IMG/VR virus record: IMGVR_UViG_3300028833_000055 | Location: 1-64,000 of that record | Origin: a virus | Lineage: Duplodnaviria; Heunggongvirae; Uroviricota; Caudoviricetes | Reading direction: 5' to 3' (one strand) | Length of the DNA: 64,000 nucleotides | Shown here: positions 27,058-36,928 of the stretch, piece by piece | How positions within the stretch are numbered: the first letter of the stretch is position 1 | How the letters are laid out: every line of letters starts with the position of its first letter | Notes under the pieces: generated by a model | The model's database searches: none | Told to the model about the DNA's origin: nothing | Seen by the model: the letters and a program-made list of their open reading frames with translations, nothing else | Made by a program: the position numbers and the translations under genes

Positions 27058-27801
27058 TCAGGCATTTTTTAATAATCTTATATGTTCTATAAATTGGAAA
27101 ACTGAATCATCTAATGTGAAGATACGTCCAGATTCATCTTTATAAAATAAGAAATTATCGGTTACTGTTATTTTTATAGGATTTCCATTATTTATTGATA
27201 AAACAATAGCATTATTTTCAATAGCATAGTCTATAATACTATTAAGTTTAATTTCGTGTGTTTTACCATTTGGATTTTTAAAAATAATTCTTTTATTTGT
27301 TAAATACGTTGTTCCTATTGGTTCAACAACAACCATTTGTTGATTTGGCCAAGCTGATACATTTCCAACAAATGAGCGAATACCATTTTTAGAATATCTA
27401 CTACCAACACCAGTTATCATTGTTGATACTGTTTTAATTTTTGATAGAGCAGTACTTTTATGCTTATAAACAAGCTCTTCATTTTTATTTAAAAGTATAT
27501 CAAGTTCCCCACCCTTTATTATTAAATTTTTTCTAAAAAATAAAGCTTGATGGACGGCATCTAATACATCTTTATCATTTTCATTTGTAACTTTTTCAAT
27601 TTTATCACTAAATTCCTTAAGTTCTTCATTAGATGGAATCTCATAATTGTGAAGAAAATTAAGCATATCATTATATAATTGCAAATTCTCTCCAGATACT
27701 GTTTGAGGTTTAATAGTATTAGTACTTCCACTTAATTTATAAGCTATTACTATAATACACACTAAAAGTGCAAAAACACAAATTATTATATTTGTTGTCA
27801 T
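27058..27801 (-). CDS. Membrane-anchored protein, possible bacterial PH-like domain
   Basis: N-terminal TM; GTTYLTNKRIIF; AT-rich. Confidence 0.6.
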   Translation of the reverse strand: MTTNIIICVFALLVCIIVIAYKLSGSTNTIKPQTVSGENLQLYNDMLNFLHNYEIPSNEELKEFSDKIEKVTNENDKDVLDAVHQALFFRKNLIIKGGELDILLNKNEELVYKHKSTALSKIKTVSTMITGVGSRYSKNGIRSFVGNVSAWPNQQMVVVEPIGTTYLTNKRIIFKNPNGKTHEIKLNSIIDYAIENNAIVLSINNGNPIKITVTDNFLFYKDESGRIFTLDDSVFQFIEHIRLLKNA

Positions 27802-27836
27802 ATCTCTTTATATTATTTATTTTTTAATTTTTTTCT

Positions 27837-28187
27837 TTAAGAATTGTTTTCTATTTTTATATTAAATATATCAATATCCGGGTTATTTCCGATTTTCGAA
27901 ATTCTCAACAGTATCTTTACAATATCATTCACAATGGTTTCCTTGTCCACCTTCACATACAGGTTCCGAACGTAAAATACATCACCTTTGTGAATATAAT
28001 AATTATTAATTCTTAACTGTATGTTGACATAATCGGGTTCATAGTATTTTGCAAGTTTACCCATAGTGAAATTCAATGAGTTTTCTTTGTTATTATGGGT
28101 AAAATCTATAATAATGACACTGTTGAATTTTAATTCTACCTTATCAATATTTTCCTTTATGGTTTTTATTATTTCATCTTCGGTCAT
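27837..28187 (-). CDS. Hypothetical protein
   Basis: 116 aa ORF. Confidence 0.6.
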   Translation of the reverse strand: MTEDEIIKTIKENIDKVELKFNSVIIIDFTHNNKENSLNFTMGKLAKYYEPDYVNIQLRINNYYIHKGDVFYVRNLYVKVDKETIVNDIVKILLRISKIGNNPDIDIFNIKIENNS

Positions 28188-28288
28188 ATTCTATGTCTTA
28201 ATAATCTTAATTTAATTTTTTCATTTATTTGTTTCTTTTTTATATATTTATAAAATGCTTACCGGAACACTCCGATAAGCATTGTACT

Positions 28289-28570
28289 TCATTTCCAATA
28301 GTTACCATCTTCCGGAAGATAACCGTCACAGTGCAGGAATGATGCGTTGTGCCACGGGTCATACCAGTTCTGTATGTCCTCCGTCCTGAACACCGAGTTC
28401 TTATGGTTACGCTTGCAGTCCGAACACTTCCATGCTATGCCTCCCCATCTGCAATAGAAGAATGGCTCGGGTTCCTCCGAAGGTTTTGGTTTCTGTGCGT
28501 TAACCTCACGCATCATCTCGATATACTCCTCTATCGTCAAAGGTCTGTATTTTTCCGGTTTCTTACCCAT
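28289..28570 (-). CDS. Hypothetical protein (Cys-containing)
   Basis: 93 aa; C...CSDC...C. Confidence 0.55.
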   Translation of the reverse strand: MGKKPEKYRPLTIEEYIEMMREVNAQKPKPSEEPEPFFYCRWGGIAWKCSDCKRNHKNSVFRTEDIQNWYDPWHNASFLHCDGYLPEDGNYWK

Positions 28571-28571
28571 A

Positions 28572-29213
28572 CTATTTCAATTTGTCCTTGATTCCCTTGA
28601 TGACCGTCTCCCTGTTCAATCCGTTTGTGAAACCGTCTTTGTACCGGTCGAGTTCGGAATAGATTGTGGATAATATCTTATCTACAACCTTGTCCTCGTC
28701 CGTAACACTCGTACAGAAATATCCTCCTATATCCTCCTTTATCTCATACCTTTCCATATCAAGCGGCTGGTCACAGATTGTTCCGACAGTTATGACCTCG
28801 ATTTCCTTTCCGTCCTTGTACAGAGGTTCACCGTATTTCTCCTCAAACTCGGCCATATAATACTTTACCGTCTTCTTCGTAAGGTTCTCCTGAAGTATTT
28901 TCAACAGTTCCACCGGTTCAAAGCTATAGAGTTCACACATTACACGGAAGGTGTCCGTCCTGTGCTTATCGTACTCCATACTGTAATCGTATGATTTCAT
29001 ATTCTTCAGTTTGGCGGTCTCGTTGTCGATTCTCTCAATCGTTTCCTTTCTCGCCTTTTCGATTGTGTTCTCCATATTCCTTATCTTTTCGAGTACACTC
29101 ATAAGTTTCCTTACCTCCTCGTTGTCCTTGCCTATGAGTTCCTTGTTGCAAAACCTGATTTCACAGGCTTTCTTGATGTAATCCATTTCTCCTCTTGTAA
29201 ATTCAATCATAAT
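28572..29213 (-). CDS. Hypothetical protein
   Basis: Start moved to about MIEFTRG to avoid a long overlap with the upstream gene. Confidence 0.6.
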   Translation of the reverse strand: MMIEFTRGEMDYIKKACEIRFCNKELIGKDNEEVRKLMSVLEKIRNMENTIEKARKETIERIDNETAKLKNMKSYDYSMEYDKHRTDTFRVMCELYSFEPVELLKILQENLTKKTVKYYMAEFEEKYGEPLYKDGKEIEVITVGTICDQPLDMERYEIKEDIGGYFCTSVTDEDKVVDKILSTIYSELDRYKDGFTNGLNRETVIKGIKDKLK

Positions 29214-29614
29214 TATTCCTCCCACTCTATATCTTTTGTAGTAATATATCCCGTATAATCGTCTTTGTGTTTTAGAGCTTCTTCCTCCGTCCCGTATATC
29301 TCTGCGGTCAACCGCTCCGGGTTTCTCACCCCGCCTATCCTGTATATGTTCATCCACTTCTTATACTTTACCGGAGCCATCATCAGGTCACAGTCGCACA
29401 TATCATTGCTGTCACAGCAACTATTACCATTGGAATAGTATTCTTCAACATATTCCCCGTTGTTTTCGCTATTTTTTACCAATGCAACAATCGTTCTGTG
29501 GTTACGGGCGTTTGTGGCTTTATCATAGCATATGATTCTCACCGGTCTGCCGTCCCTCGTGCATACCGGTGCCCCATTCTTGGCGGCTTCCAAATCGAAA
29601 GGTTTCATATTCAT
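29213..29614 (-). CDS. Conserved phage hypothetical protein
   Basis: MKPFDLEAAKNGAPVCTRDGRPVRIICYD...DLMM, a pattern common in Bacteroidota phages. Confidence 0.7.
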   Translation of the reverse strand: MNMKPFDLEAAKNGAPVCTRDGRPVRIICYDKATNARNHRTIVALVKNSENNGEYVEEYYSNGNSCCDSNDMCDCDLMMAPVKYKKWMNIYRIGGVRNPERLTAEIYGTEEEALKHKDDYTGYITTKDIEWEE

Positions 29615-29641
29615 AACATTAAATTATTTTTATTTCTATTT

Positions 29642-29869
29642 TTATTCTCTTTGTCTTCTTATGTAGTTTGGAATTTTATATATGACATACACGGTGAGAA
29701 CCAAGTATACCGGACAGAAGAGCCAAGGAGTGAATTTCACGGTATCGTCCATAATGACATATATAACCAACATCAGTTGCAATATGCCATACACGAAGAA
29801 TATGGAAAACCACCCCACTCTGTTGATGTCTTCAAAAATCCAATCTAAAAATCTGTTGAACATCTTCAT
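29642..29869 (-). CDS. Small two-TM membrane protein
   Basis: Two hydrophobic helices; 11 nt downstream of the early promoter at 29881. Confidence 0.6.
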   Translation of the reverse strand: MKMFNRFLDWIFEDINRVGWFSIFFVYGILQLMLVIYVIMDDTVKFTPWLFCPVYLVLTVYVIYKIPNYIRRQRE

Positions 29870-29893
29870 ATCTTTTTTGACAAAGATACTATT

Positions 29894-30331
29894 TTATTCA
29901 GAAACTTTCGTAACATCGTATCCGTATTTTTTCAGATACTCCGCCGCCGCCGAACATTTTGCAAAGGAATATCCGTCATCCTTCGTGAAGTCGGTCGCTT
30001 CGATGTATTCGTCTATCTTCCTCTTTTCACGCTCTATTCTCTCGTCACGCTCACCGTTGGTTTCCAGCTGTTCCCAGTGCCATCCGACCCAAGCCTCGTA
30101 CTCGTCCTTGTCATCCTCGCTGTGTGAGACCTCAAACCCAATCGAAAGGTTCCTGAACTCAATGCCTTTCTTTACAAACTCCATTGACATATCGACCAGT
30201 CTTTGCTGCCACTTTTCGAGTTTGTCGTAGTCGGCCATAAAGTAGTCATCCTTTACCGTTACCGATTCGATGTACACGAACCGTGCGTTCCAGAGATTGT
30301 TCTCATCAATATGTTTTCCTTTGTATTCCAT
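29894..30331 (-). CDS. Hypothetical protein (MxYKG paralog family)
   Basis: MEYKG...ERIEREKRKID...GYDVTK. Confidence 0.7.
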   Translation of the reverse strand: MEYKGKHIDENNLWNARFVYIESVTVKDDYFMADYDKLEKWQQRLVDMSMEFVKKGIEFRNLSIGFEVSHSEDDKDEYEAWVGWHWEQLETNGERDERIEREKRKIDEYIEATDFTKDDGYSFAKCSAAAEYLKKYGYDVTKVSE

Positions 30332-30334
30332 GAG

Positions 30335-30658
30335 TTATTTCTCTTTGATTCCGAATTCCATATTGAACACATCGTCGAGACAGTCGTTCTGTCCATTTAT
30401 GAACCAGCAGTCGATGTTCCTGTTCATAAGTTCGGTCATAACATTCGACAAATTCGAAAGATACGATGACCAGTTTCCGCTTCCGTTCCTTCCGCCGGCA
30501 ACCGAAATCACCATAGTTCCGTAACCGTCTATGTATTTGTCGGCCACATAAATCCTGTCGTCGTTCTTCATTTCATTGAATACATCCTCCACCTTTGCGA
30601 ACAATGTCTCTTGTTCGAGACTGAAATCCCTTTTTCTAATTAATATTTTCATACTCAT
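30335..30658 (-). CDS. Hypothetical protein
   Basis: 107 aa ORF in the operon. Confidence 0.6.
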   Translation of the reverse strand: MSMKILIRKRDFSLEQETLFAKVEDVFNEMKNDDRIYVADKYIDGYGTMVISVAGGRNGSGNWSSYLSNLSNVMTELMNRNIDCWFINGQNDCLDDVFNMEFGIKEK

Positions 30659-31253
30659 TCTGTTTATTTTTCTTCTCGTTTAAAAGATGTCTCACATCAC
30701 CGATGACTTCCACATTCACATTGCTGTTCAAGCCGTCCTTCTCAATCATCTCACCCATATTCTTCACGAACATAAGTGTGTCTTCCATCGACTTGAATGC
30801 GTACACAATCCGTTTAATCTCGCTTCCGATGATATGGAACTCCGTATATGGATTGTTCTTCATACCCGAAAGATACCTCATATCGTCTCTCGGAAACGCA
30901 GTCACCATATATTTCTTGTGCTTCTTGTTGAAGAGTGCGTATATGTCCACATACGAAATACTTCCTATCTCCTCCGCCTTGATGTGTTCTGTCTTCAACA
31001 TTTCAGCGACCTTCGGACCCGGTCCTTTCAGGTTTATAATCTCGGAATTGGTGTAGTCATCGAATGTCGGAAATATCACCGTATCCTTCTCTTTCTTCTC
31101 TTTCCTCTCATCACTTTTCTTCATTATGAAAGTGACGAGTGACACAAGCGCCAATATGACAAAAACCACAAGAACAATCGCACCAATCATTGATACCGCC
31201 TTAATAAAGGCGTTGAACAATACTTCATTCGTATCCAATAACATAATTCCCAT
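30636..31253 (-). CDS. Membrane-anchored hypothetical protein
   Basis: N-terminal TM helix. Confidence 0.65.
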   Translation of the reverse strand: MGIMLLDTNEVLFNAFIKAVSMIGAIVLVVFVILALVSLVTFIMKKSDERKEKKEKDTVIFPTFDDYTNSEIINLKGPGPKVAEMLKTEHIKAEEIGSISYVDIYALFNKKHKKYMVTAFPRDDMRYLSGMKNNPYTEFHIIGSEIKRIVYAFKSMEDTLMFVKNMGEMIEKDGLNSNVNVEVIGDVRHLLNEKKNKQNEYENIN

Positions 31254-31255
31254 AT

Positions 31256-31597
31256 TTAATCTATTATTTTAAATTCACCACAGTCAAAGAAAACCCTGAA
31301 GTTTATGGACGAAGTGTCCCCGTTCTCCTTTATGTACAGTATATAGTCGCCGTTGCGGTCTATTATCGTCCCTTCATAGATTTCACTCTCCTTGTATGGA
31401 TTTTTGTCCGGAGATTCTATACGGAACTTCTTTCCCGCTTGAATTTCATTGAGTCTTCTGTTAAAATCCACCGCATAATTTACCAAGAAACCCATACCAC
31501 AAAGGAATATGATAACCACACATATTTCACATATGTTCCACTTAATCCAACCCAACATGACACGGGCGATTTTCGAAATCTTTTTAAACACTTCCAT
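31256..31597 (-). CDS. Membrane-anchored hypothetical protein
   Basis: N-terminal TM helix. Confidence 0.6.
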   Translation of the reverse strand: MEVFKKISKIARVMLGWIKWNICEICVVIIFLCGMGFLVNYAVDFNRRLNEIQAGKKFRIESPDKNPYKESEIYEGTIIDRNGDYILYIKENGDTSSINFRVFFDCGEFKIID

Positions 31598-32350
31598 CTA
31601 TTTTTCTTCCCTGACTTTTTTAAGAAGTTCCGTCTGTCTGCTGTTCAGACGCTTCGGCATCTTCACTATGAAATTAACCTTTATGTTTCCAAGTTCTCCA
31701 CCCTTGAATTTCGGGAAACCCTGTTCTGGAACGATTATGAAGCCTCCGTTCTGTGTATATTTCGGAACTTTAACGGTGATTTTCTTGTCGAACATCTTCA
31801 CTTCCATTACTGTTCCGAGTATGGCGTCAAGCCAGTCAACACAGACCATCATCTCCAGTGTACCGTCCTTGTCGAGATAGTACTTGTCGGAGTTGGTGAC
31901 CTCCACGAAGACAAGCACGTCGCTTCTGACATAGTTACCGTATATATCATATCCGTCCTGTCCGAGTCCGGAGAGCTTCAGTATCTTTCCACTCGTTGTT
32001 CCCACGGGTATATCGACATTGTATGACTTCCCCATAAGGGAAATTGTCTTCTTGCATCCGTGATACGCCTCCTCTATCGTAATCGACAGCTTCACGTTGA
32101 TGTCGGCGGGTCTTCTCATACCTCCGAAGAAACTGAACCTCCTTCCGCCGCCTCTTCTCATATCGTCGTATTCACGCCTCTTGTCGTTGTCACCGAGTAT
32201 GGAATACGCCTCGTTTATCTCCTTGAACATAGTGTCGTCACCGTTGTTCTTGTCAGGATGGTATTTGAGACTGAGTTTCCTGAACGCCTTCTTTATTTCT
32301 TCGACCGAAGCCTTTTCATCGACCCCGAGTGTGGTATAGTAGTTTTTCAT
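31598..32350 (-). CDS. DnaJ-class co-chaperone lacking the Zn finger (CbpA-like)
   Basis: J domain with KYHPDKN, G/F linker and C-terminal substrate-binding domain. Confidence 0.9.
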   Translation of the reverse strand: MKNYYTTLGVDEKASVEEIKKAFRKLSLKYHPDKNNGDDTMFKEINEAYSILGDNDKRREYDDMRRGGGRRFSFFGGMRRPADINVKLSITIEEAYHGCKKTISLMGKSYNVDIPVGTTSGKILKLSGLGQDGYDIYGNYVRSDVLVFVEVTNSDKYYLDKDGTLEMMVCVDWLDAILGTVMEVKMFDKKITVKVPKYTQNGGFIIVPEQGFPKFKGGELGNIKVNFIVKMPKRLNSRQTELLKKVREEK

Positions 32351-32367
32351 CTTTTACAAAGATACTA

Positions 32368-32955
32368 TTAACTTTTCAAAAAGTTTAGTATTATTTCCGA
32401 AAGTTCCATAGCGTTACCGCTTTTCGAAATGAATACGGTCTCCGGTGTAAGCGCCGGTTCCTCTTCACCGTCATCATACTTTTCCCTTGAAACTCTTTCA
32501 AACCACTGGTGGAAACCACCGTCCTCGTCTATGATTTTGGAATTGGTCACACCGAAGTAGTCGAGACAGTCGTTTATACGGTCGTTCCATTCCTTTATAT
32601 GTCCGTCCTTTTCAACCGACATCTGTATGTAGTCTCCGTAACCGTATCCTTCACCGATATACAGGAACTCGGGGACATACCCTTCCTTTTTACACACAAG
32701 GGTTTCACCGTAGTATAGTTCATATACTCCTTCATCACGCAGTTTGTCGAACATATCGACTTCCTCTCCGTTCCAGTTCATAACTGTTCCGTTCTCCAAG
32801 TCTATGTCCCAGACGACCTTTTCGAAATCGGGAGAGTATCCGGTCACCCTTTTCAATGTATCTTCGGTTTCACATCCTTCAATGGTGAACGGATGTTCAT
32901 CTTCCGACCAGCAGGGTATATGTACTCTCAATGTCAAAACATTATTTTTCTCCAT
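32368..32955 (-). CDS. Hypothetical protein
   Basis: Start taken at MEKNN; GYVPEFL...YGDYI motif. Confidence 0.65.
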   Translation of the reverse strand: MEKNNVLTLRVHIPCWSEDEHPFTIEGCETEDTLKRVTGYSPDFEKVVWDIDLENGTVMNWNGEEVDMFDKLRDEGVYELYYGETLVCKKEGYVPEFLYIGEGYGYGDYIQMSVEKDGHIKEWNDRINDCLDYFGVTNSKIIDEDGGFHQWFERVSREKYDDGEEEPALTPETVFISKSGNAMELSEIILNFLKS

Positions 32956-33007
32956 AACTTTAAATTTCTTTATAACATAAAAATAACAAAAAATCATAAA
33001 TATAGTA

Positions 33008-33213
33008 TGAAAACGGAACAAGAGGATTTTATATTGAAAAAAATCAGACACTTCCAAGGTACGGTGGAGGATTTCTCGACCTTCTGGAAAAAGAAGTGTG
33101 AGGAAGGCAAGTCTGAAGAAAGCGAGGGGACGAAGGCTCTCAGGAAGAGAAACGACGACCTCAACAAGGCATATACCATAATTCCTGTCAAAAGGGATGA
33201 GGATGAAGAATAA
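33008..33213 (+). CDS. Small late hypothetical protein
   Basis: MKTEQEDF start directly after CATAAATA at 32995. Confidence 0.55.
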
Positions 33214-33224
33214 AACCGTAAGAG

Positions 33225-34262
33225 ATGGCGAACACAGAGATTACATTCAAGAAATATAACACCCGTGACGAAATGATTAGCAGTCCGGAGGTGAATGAGG
33301 CTACATTTTCCGTCATAAGAACCACAGGTTGCAATGAAAACGAGAACAACAACAATTCGGGAAACATAAAGGACTTGTATCTTGGTGACACGAAGATGAC
33401 GGATGTGTACAATTCAAGGAAGGAAGGCGAAGATGTAAGGACAACGGTGGAAGTCGGCGGCATACCCGCAGGAACGAAACTTTCGGACTTGACGAATATG
33501 TCTCTCGGAGAAGTGCTTGACAAGATGCTGTTCAAGACATTCTATCCGTCATACACGACACCAACCCTTACGATAACCGGACCGTCCGGCGACTATCTTG
33601 TCGGTTCGTCGTATCCCGAGATAAGCGGATACACTCCGAACAAGGGAAAATATACAAGCTACAACAACGACCTGAACTACGCCGGAGAACCGGTTGAAGG
33701 AAGTTTCGAAGGGATAAACACGACCGGTGGAACGGTCGGTACCGGAACCATAACGATAAAGGGTTCGATAACTTTCTCCGCCGGCCCGACACCGAAGGAC
33801 AGCGATGGAAACAACTATACGAATGAAGGAAGCAACATCCCTTATACCGGAGGAACCGTCAATTCAAACGAGTTGAAGATTTATCCGTACTACGAATGGT
33901 TTGCAACCGGTGAAAGTGTATCGTCGGAAACCGCTCCGACAATAGACTACACATCGTATATTCCATTGAAAGGGTTGGGTGTCGTAAGAAGTATGGGTAT
34001 CACCAAGAAGACGGTTATGTTAGACATAAGTGGTGGTGACATCGCACACAAACAGACGATAAAGGTTCCGGGTGTAATTGAAAACGTGAAGGTTCTGGTT
34101 CAAGGAAACTGGCAGAACTACAACTTTTCGGACTTGTATGATGACAGTGGAACCGAAACGATAAACAATAAAACTTATCACATATACACTATGAGGGATA
34201 TCGCTTATCCGGATGGTGGAAGTTTTGGTGGAAGCCGTTTGAAATTCGATGTAATACCGTAA
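33225..34262 (+). CDS. Putative virion/tail-fibre-associated protein
   Basis: Gly/Thr/Ser-rich beta content, TTVEVGGIPAGT motif, late operon. Confidence 0.55.
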   Translation: MANTEITFKKYNTRDEMISSPEVNEATFSVIRTTGCNENENNNNSGNIKDLYLGDTKMTDVYNSRKEGEDVRTTVEVGGIPAGTKLSDLTNMSLGEVLDKMLFKTFYPSYTTPTLTITGPSGDYLVGSSYPEISGYTPNKGKYTSYNNDLNYAGEPVEGSFEGINTTGGTVGTGTITIKGSITFSAGPTPKDSDGNNYTNEGSNIPYTGGTVNSNELKIYPYYEWFATGESVSSETAPTIDYTSYIPLKGLGVVRSMGITKKTVMLDISGGDIAHKQTIKVPGVIENVKVLVQGNWQNYNFSDLYDDSGTETINNKTYHIYTMRDIAYPDGGSFGGSRLKFDVIP

Positions 34263-34277
34263 TTAAAAACAAGATAT

Positions 34278-34610
34278 ATGAGCAAGATAAAAGGTGTATA
34301 TAAAAGTGCAGACATCATAGAGGTGATAACATCCCACCCGTTAGACCCGAGAGTAAAATGGGACAGCTGGGATTCTCTCACAACACCGGTCGACTGGCCA
34401 CAAAACAGTGAGGGGAAACCGTATCTTTACGCTGGTTTGATTGTGTCGGTAAACGAAGGAAACTCTTCGTCTCCGGACTGGGAGATGTATATTTTGAACG
34501 ACAGTTCCAAATGGGACATACCTTTCGGAGAAGAAGGAAGCGGATGGAAAAAGATTGTCACCGGAGACAACAGTCTGTTCTGGGAGGATGAAACTTCCGA
34601 TTCGGACTAA
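34278..34610 (+). CDS. Putative tail-fibre-associated small protein
   Basis: PLDPR...YAGLIVSV...YIL...WKKI domain pattern; late operon. Confidence 0.5.
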   Translation: MSKIKGVYKSADIIEVITSHPLDPRVKWDSWDSLTTPVDWPQNSEGKPYLYAGLIVSVNEGNSSSPDWEMYILNDSSKWDIPFGEEGSGWKKIVTGDNSLFWEDETSDSD

Positions 34611-34622
34611 ATATAATATAAA

Positions 34623-35318
34623 ATGAGTATTATGAAATTTGTGGTTTTACTTGATAACGGACACGGTTCGGACACACCTGGCAAAAGAAGTCTCGTACTT
34701 CCGGACGGAAGGCAACTTTTCGAATACAAATGGTGCCGTGATACCGTAGCCGTACTCGCAAAGAAACTTGAAAATCTTGGAATAGAGTATAAGATAATAA
34801 CACCCGAACTTACCGACACACCCCTTTCAACCCGTGTCAAGAGGGCAAACGACTTTGACACACAGGCGAAGAAGGAAGGAAAGACCACAGTATTCATCTC
34901 CATTCACGTAAACGCACTCGGAATGGGAGACAAGTGGATGAATGCACAAGGATGGTCAACCTGGACAACGAAGGGGCAGACAAAGGCGGACCCCTTTGCA
35001 CAGTGCATCTGTGATGAGGCGAAACCATATCTCGAATCTCACGGTTTGAAGATGCGTGCAGACAAGTCGGACGGTGACAGTGACTATGAAGCAAACTACT
35101 ATGTGTTGAAAAACACCAATATGCCCGCCACATTGAGCGAGAACTTCTTTATGGACAACGAGAAGGACTGCGAGTTCCTCCTTATGCCGGAAAGTAATGA
35201 AATCTGTGCCGAAATCCACGCCCGTGGTATAGTCAGATATATGAAGTCTCTCGGTCTTTGGGAAGAGGTGGCGGACAAAACCGCTGGAGGAGACTTCCAC
35301 AAATGCAGTCTAGTCTAA
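34623..35318 (+). CDS. N-acetylmuramoyl-L-alanine amidase (Amidase_3), probable endolysin
   Basis: LLDNGHG, E, SIHVNA, LSENFFMDN. Confidence 0.9.
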   Translation: MSIMKFVVLLDNGHGSDTPGKRSLVLPDGRQLFEYKWCRDTVAVLAKKLENLGIEYKIITPELTDTPLSTRVKRANDFDTQAKKEGKTTVFISIHVNALGMGDKWMNAQGWSTWTTKGQTKADPFAQCICDEAKPYLESHGLKMRADKSDGDSDYEANYYVLKNTNMPATLSENFFMDNEKDCEFLLMPESNEICAEIHARGIVRYMKSLGLWEEVADKTAGGDFHKCSLV

Positions 35319-35394
35319 AAACAAAAGGTTGGGAAAACTCTCAACCTTTTCATCTTTATATGGTCGGAAAAATTTCAAATTATTCCGACTTTTT

Positions 35395-36852
35395 TTATTT
35401 TTCTATGTCATTGGCCGACATCTGCTGTATTGAAACGCCTATGTTCGTACATTCCGTAAGAACCGATATGTCGTACTGATGGTTGTCTATAATCGTAGGA
35501 GTACTTCCGGCACCCGGTTTCACCACAACGATTGAATTTCCACCACCGAGTCCGTTCATAGAAGATTCGTCCAAATCCTCGTCGGTCCTTCTCCTGTTGA
35601 ACACATTCACCTGAACCGGAGGATTGTCCGTAAAGATACTACCGAGTCTCTTTCCGTACTTGTGGACATACTCCTCGCCGAAAGTCCTGCTGCTCTTCTT
35701 GACGGTAGTCGTGTTATCCTCCGTGTTGATTATCCTCAATGTATCGACTATGGTGAAACTTACATCTAGATTGGCGTACATACAGACCGGTCTGTAAACT
35801 ATACTCTCGTCTATCTCGTTGTCATCCTCGTTGTACGAAAGGTTAACAAGATGGTATTCGGAGTGTGTCTTCAGTATTCTGGGTTCTGTTTCGTTTGAGA
35901 ACACACAGTTCTCGTACAGTTCTATCTCGTGCATTATGATGAAGTTCGTCGGATTGGCGTCCATACTGTAGATGAAATCGGAGAACGATATTGACTTTGC
36001 ACCGCCGGCGTTGACGGAAGCGGATATGATAAAGTAGTCGTTGTTCATCTCCGCTGGTTCTATATTGATTGAAACCTTCTTGTATGTGTCATAGTACGGA
36101 ACGGTTATGGTGTTCAACTGGATTGTGTTGAGGGTGAGGAAACCTCCGTTTATAAGGGATGATTTCACACCCAGTATGTCGAATGTCAACGGAGTGTCCT
36201 TTTCAAGTTTGCCGAATCTAGATATTTTCTTCAGGAATGTCTTTCCGTTCTGGTTGATTATGAAATTCGTACTCGGTATCTTGAACGACATATGTGTCGT
36301 ATACAGCCTCTGGTTTATCAACATAGGCTTGTCGTTGAGGACAACATCGTCCGTTCTCTTGAAAATGATGTCGGCGAGATTGATTTTATATCCGTCCAAA
36401 TCCTTTATTGAAACTTGAAACACAAGTGATTCGTAGTCTCCGAAATAATCGACCCCCGTGAAATGTATTATGCAAGTGTCGAAATAGACATCACCTGTAT
36501 TGCTCCCCTCGAATTCAACCTCCGTTGTCTTGAACTGTTCGCTGTAAAGTGAATTGTACATCAAGTCCGGTGTGGTTTCATTCTGTATCTTGATGAGTTT
36601 CGTGTCATTCTTGTTCAAGCCAGCAACTGCATTGCTGTAGTTCACACCGGTCTTGTTGTCGTTTCTGCCGTCCCTGAACAGAAGATATTTCTGTCCGTTA
36701 TAGTCGTCTTCCATAACGAACATCTTGTTTTTTCTCTGCAAATCAATGATTCTGTCGGTTGCATCACCGGTCGTGTCACTTTCCATATCCACATACACAT
36801 ACTCCAGAAGTATGTCGGGAGTAAGCTGGTAATATCTCGTCGAATTGGCCAT
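35395..36852 (-). CDS. Late (probably structural) hypothetical protein
   Basis: 485 aa, under the late motif at 36881. Confidence 0.7.
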   Translation of the reverse strand: MANSTRYYQLTPDILLEYVYVDMESDTTGDATDRIIDLQRKNKMFVMEDDYNGQKYLLFRDGRNDNKTGVNYSNAVAGLNKNDTKLIKIQNETTPDLMYNSLYSEQFKTTEVEFEGSNTGDVYFDTCIIHFTGVDYFGDYESLVFQVSIKDLDGYKINLADIIFKRTDDVVLNDKPMLINQRLYTTHMSFKIPSTNFIINQNGKTFLKKISRFGKLEKDTPLTFDILGVKSSLINGGFLTLNTIQLNTITVPYYDTYKKVSINIEPAEMNNDYFIISASVNAGGAKSISFSDFIYSMDANPTNFIIMHEIELYENCVFSNETEPRILKTHSEYHLVNLSYNEDDNEIDESIVYRPVCMYANLDVSFTIVDTLRIINTEDNTTTVKKSSRTFGEEYVHKYGKRLGSIFTDNPPVQVNVFNRRRTDEDLDESSMNGLGGGNSIVVVKPGAGSTPTIIDNHQYDISVLTECTNIGVSIQQMSANDIEK

Positions 36853-36880
36853 TTGATTTAATTTTATAAAGATTATATAT

Positions 36881-36906
36881 TATTTATGAATGACAAAACA
36901 TAAATA
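36881..36906. promoter_or_regulatory. Divergent pair of CATAAATA late-promoter motifs
   Basis: tatttatg (36881) and cataaata (36899). Confidence 0.7.
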
Positions 36907-36928
36907 ACTTATAAATCAACAATGAGTA

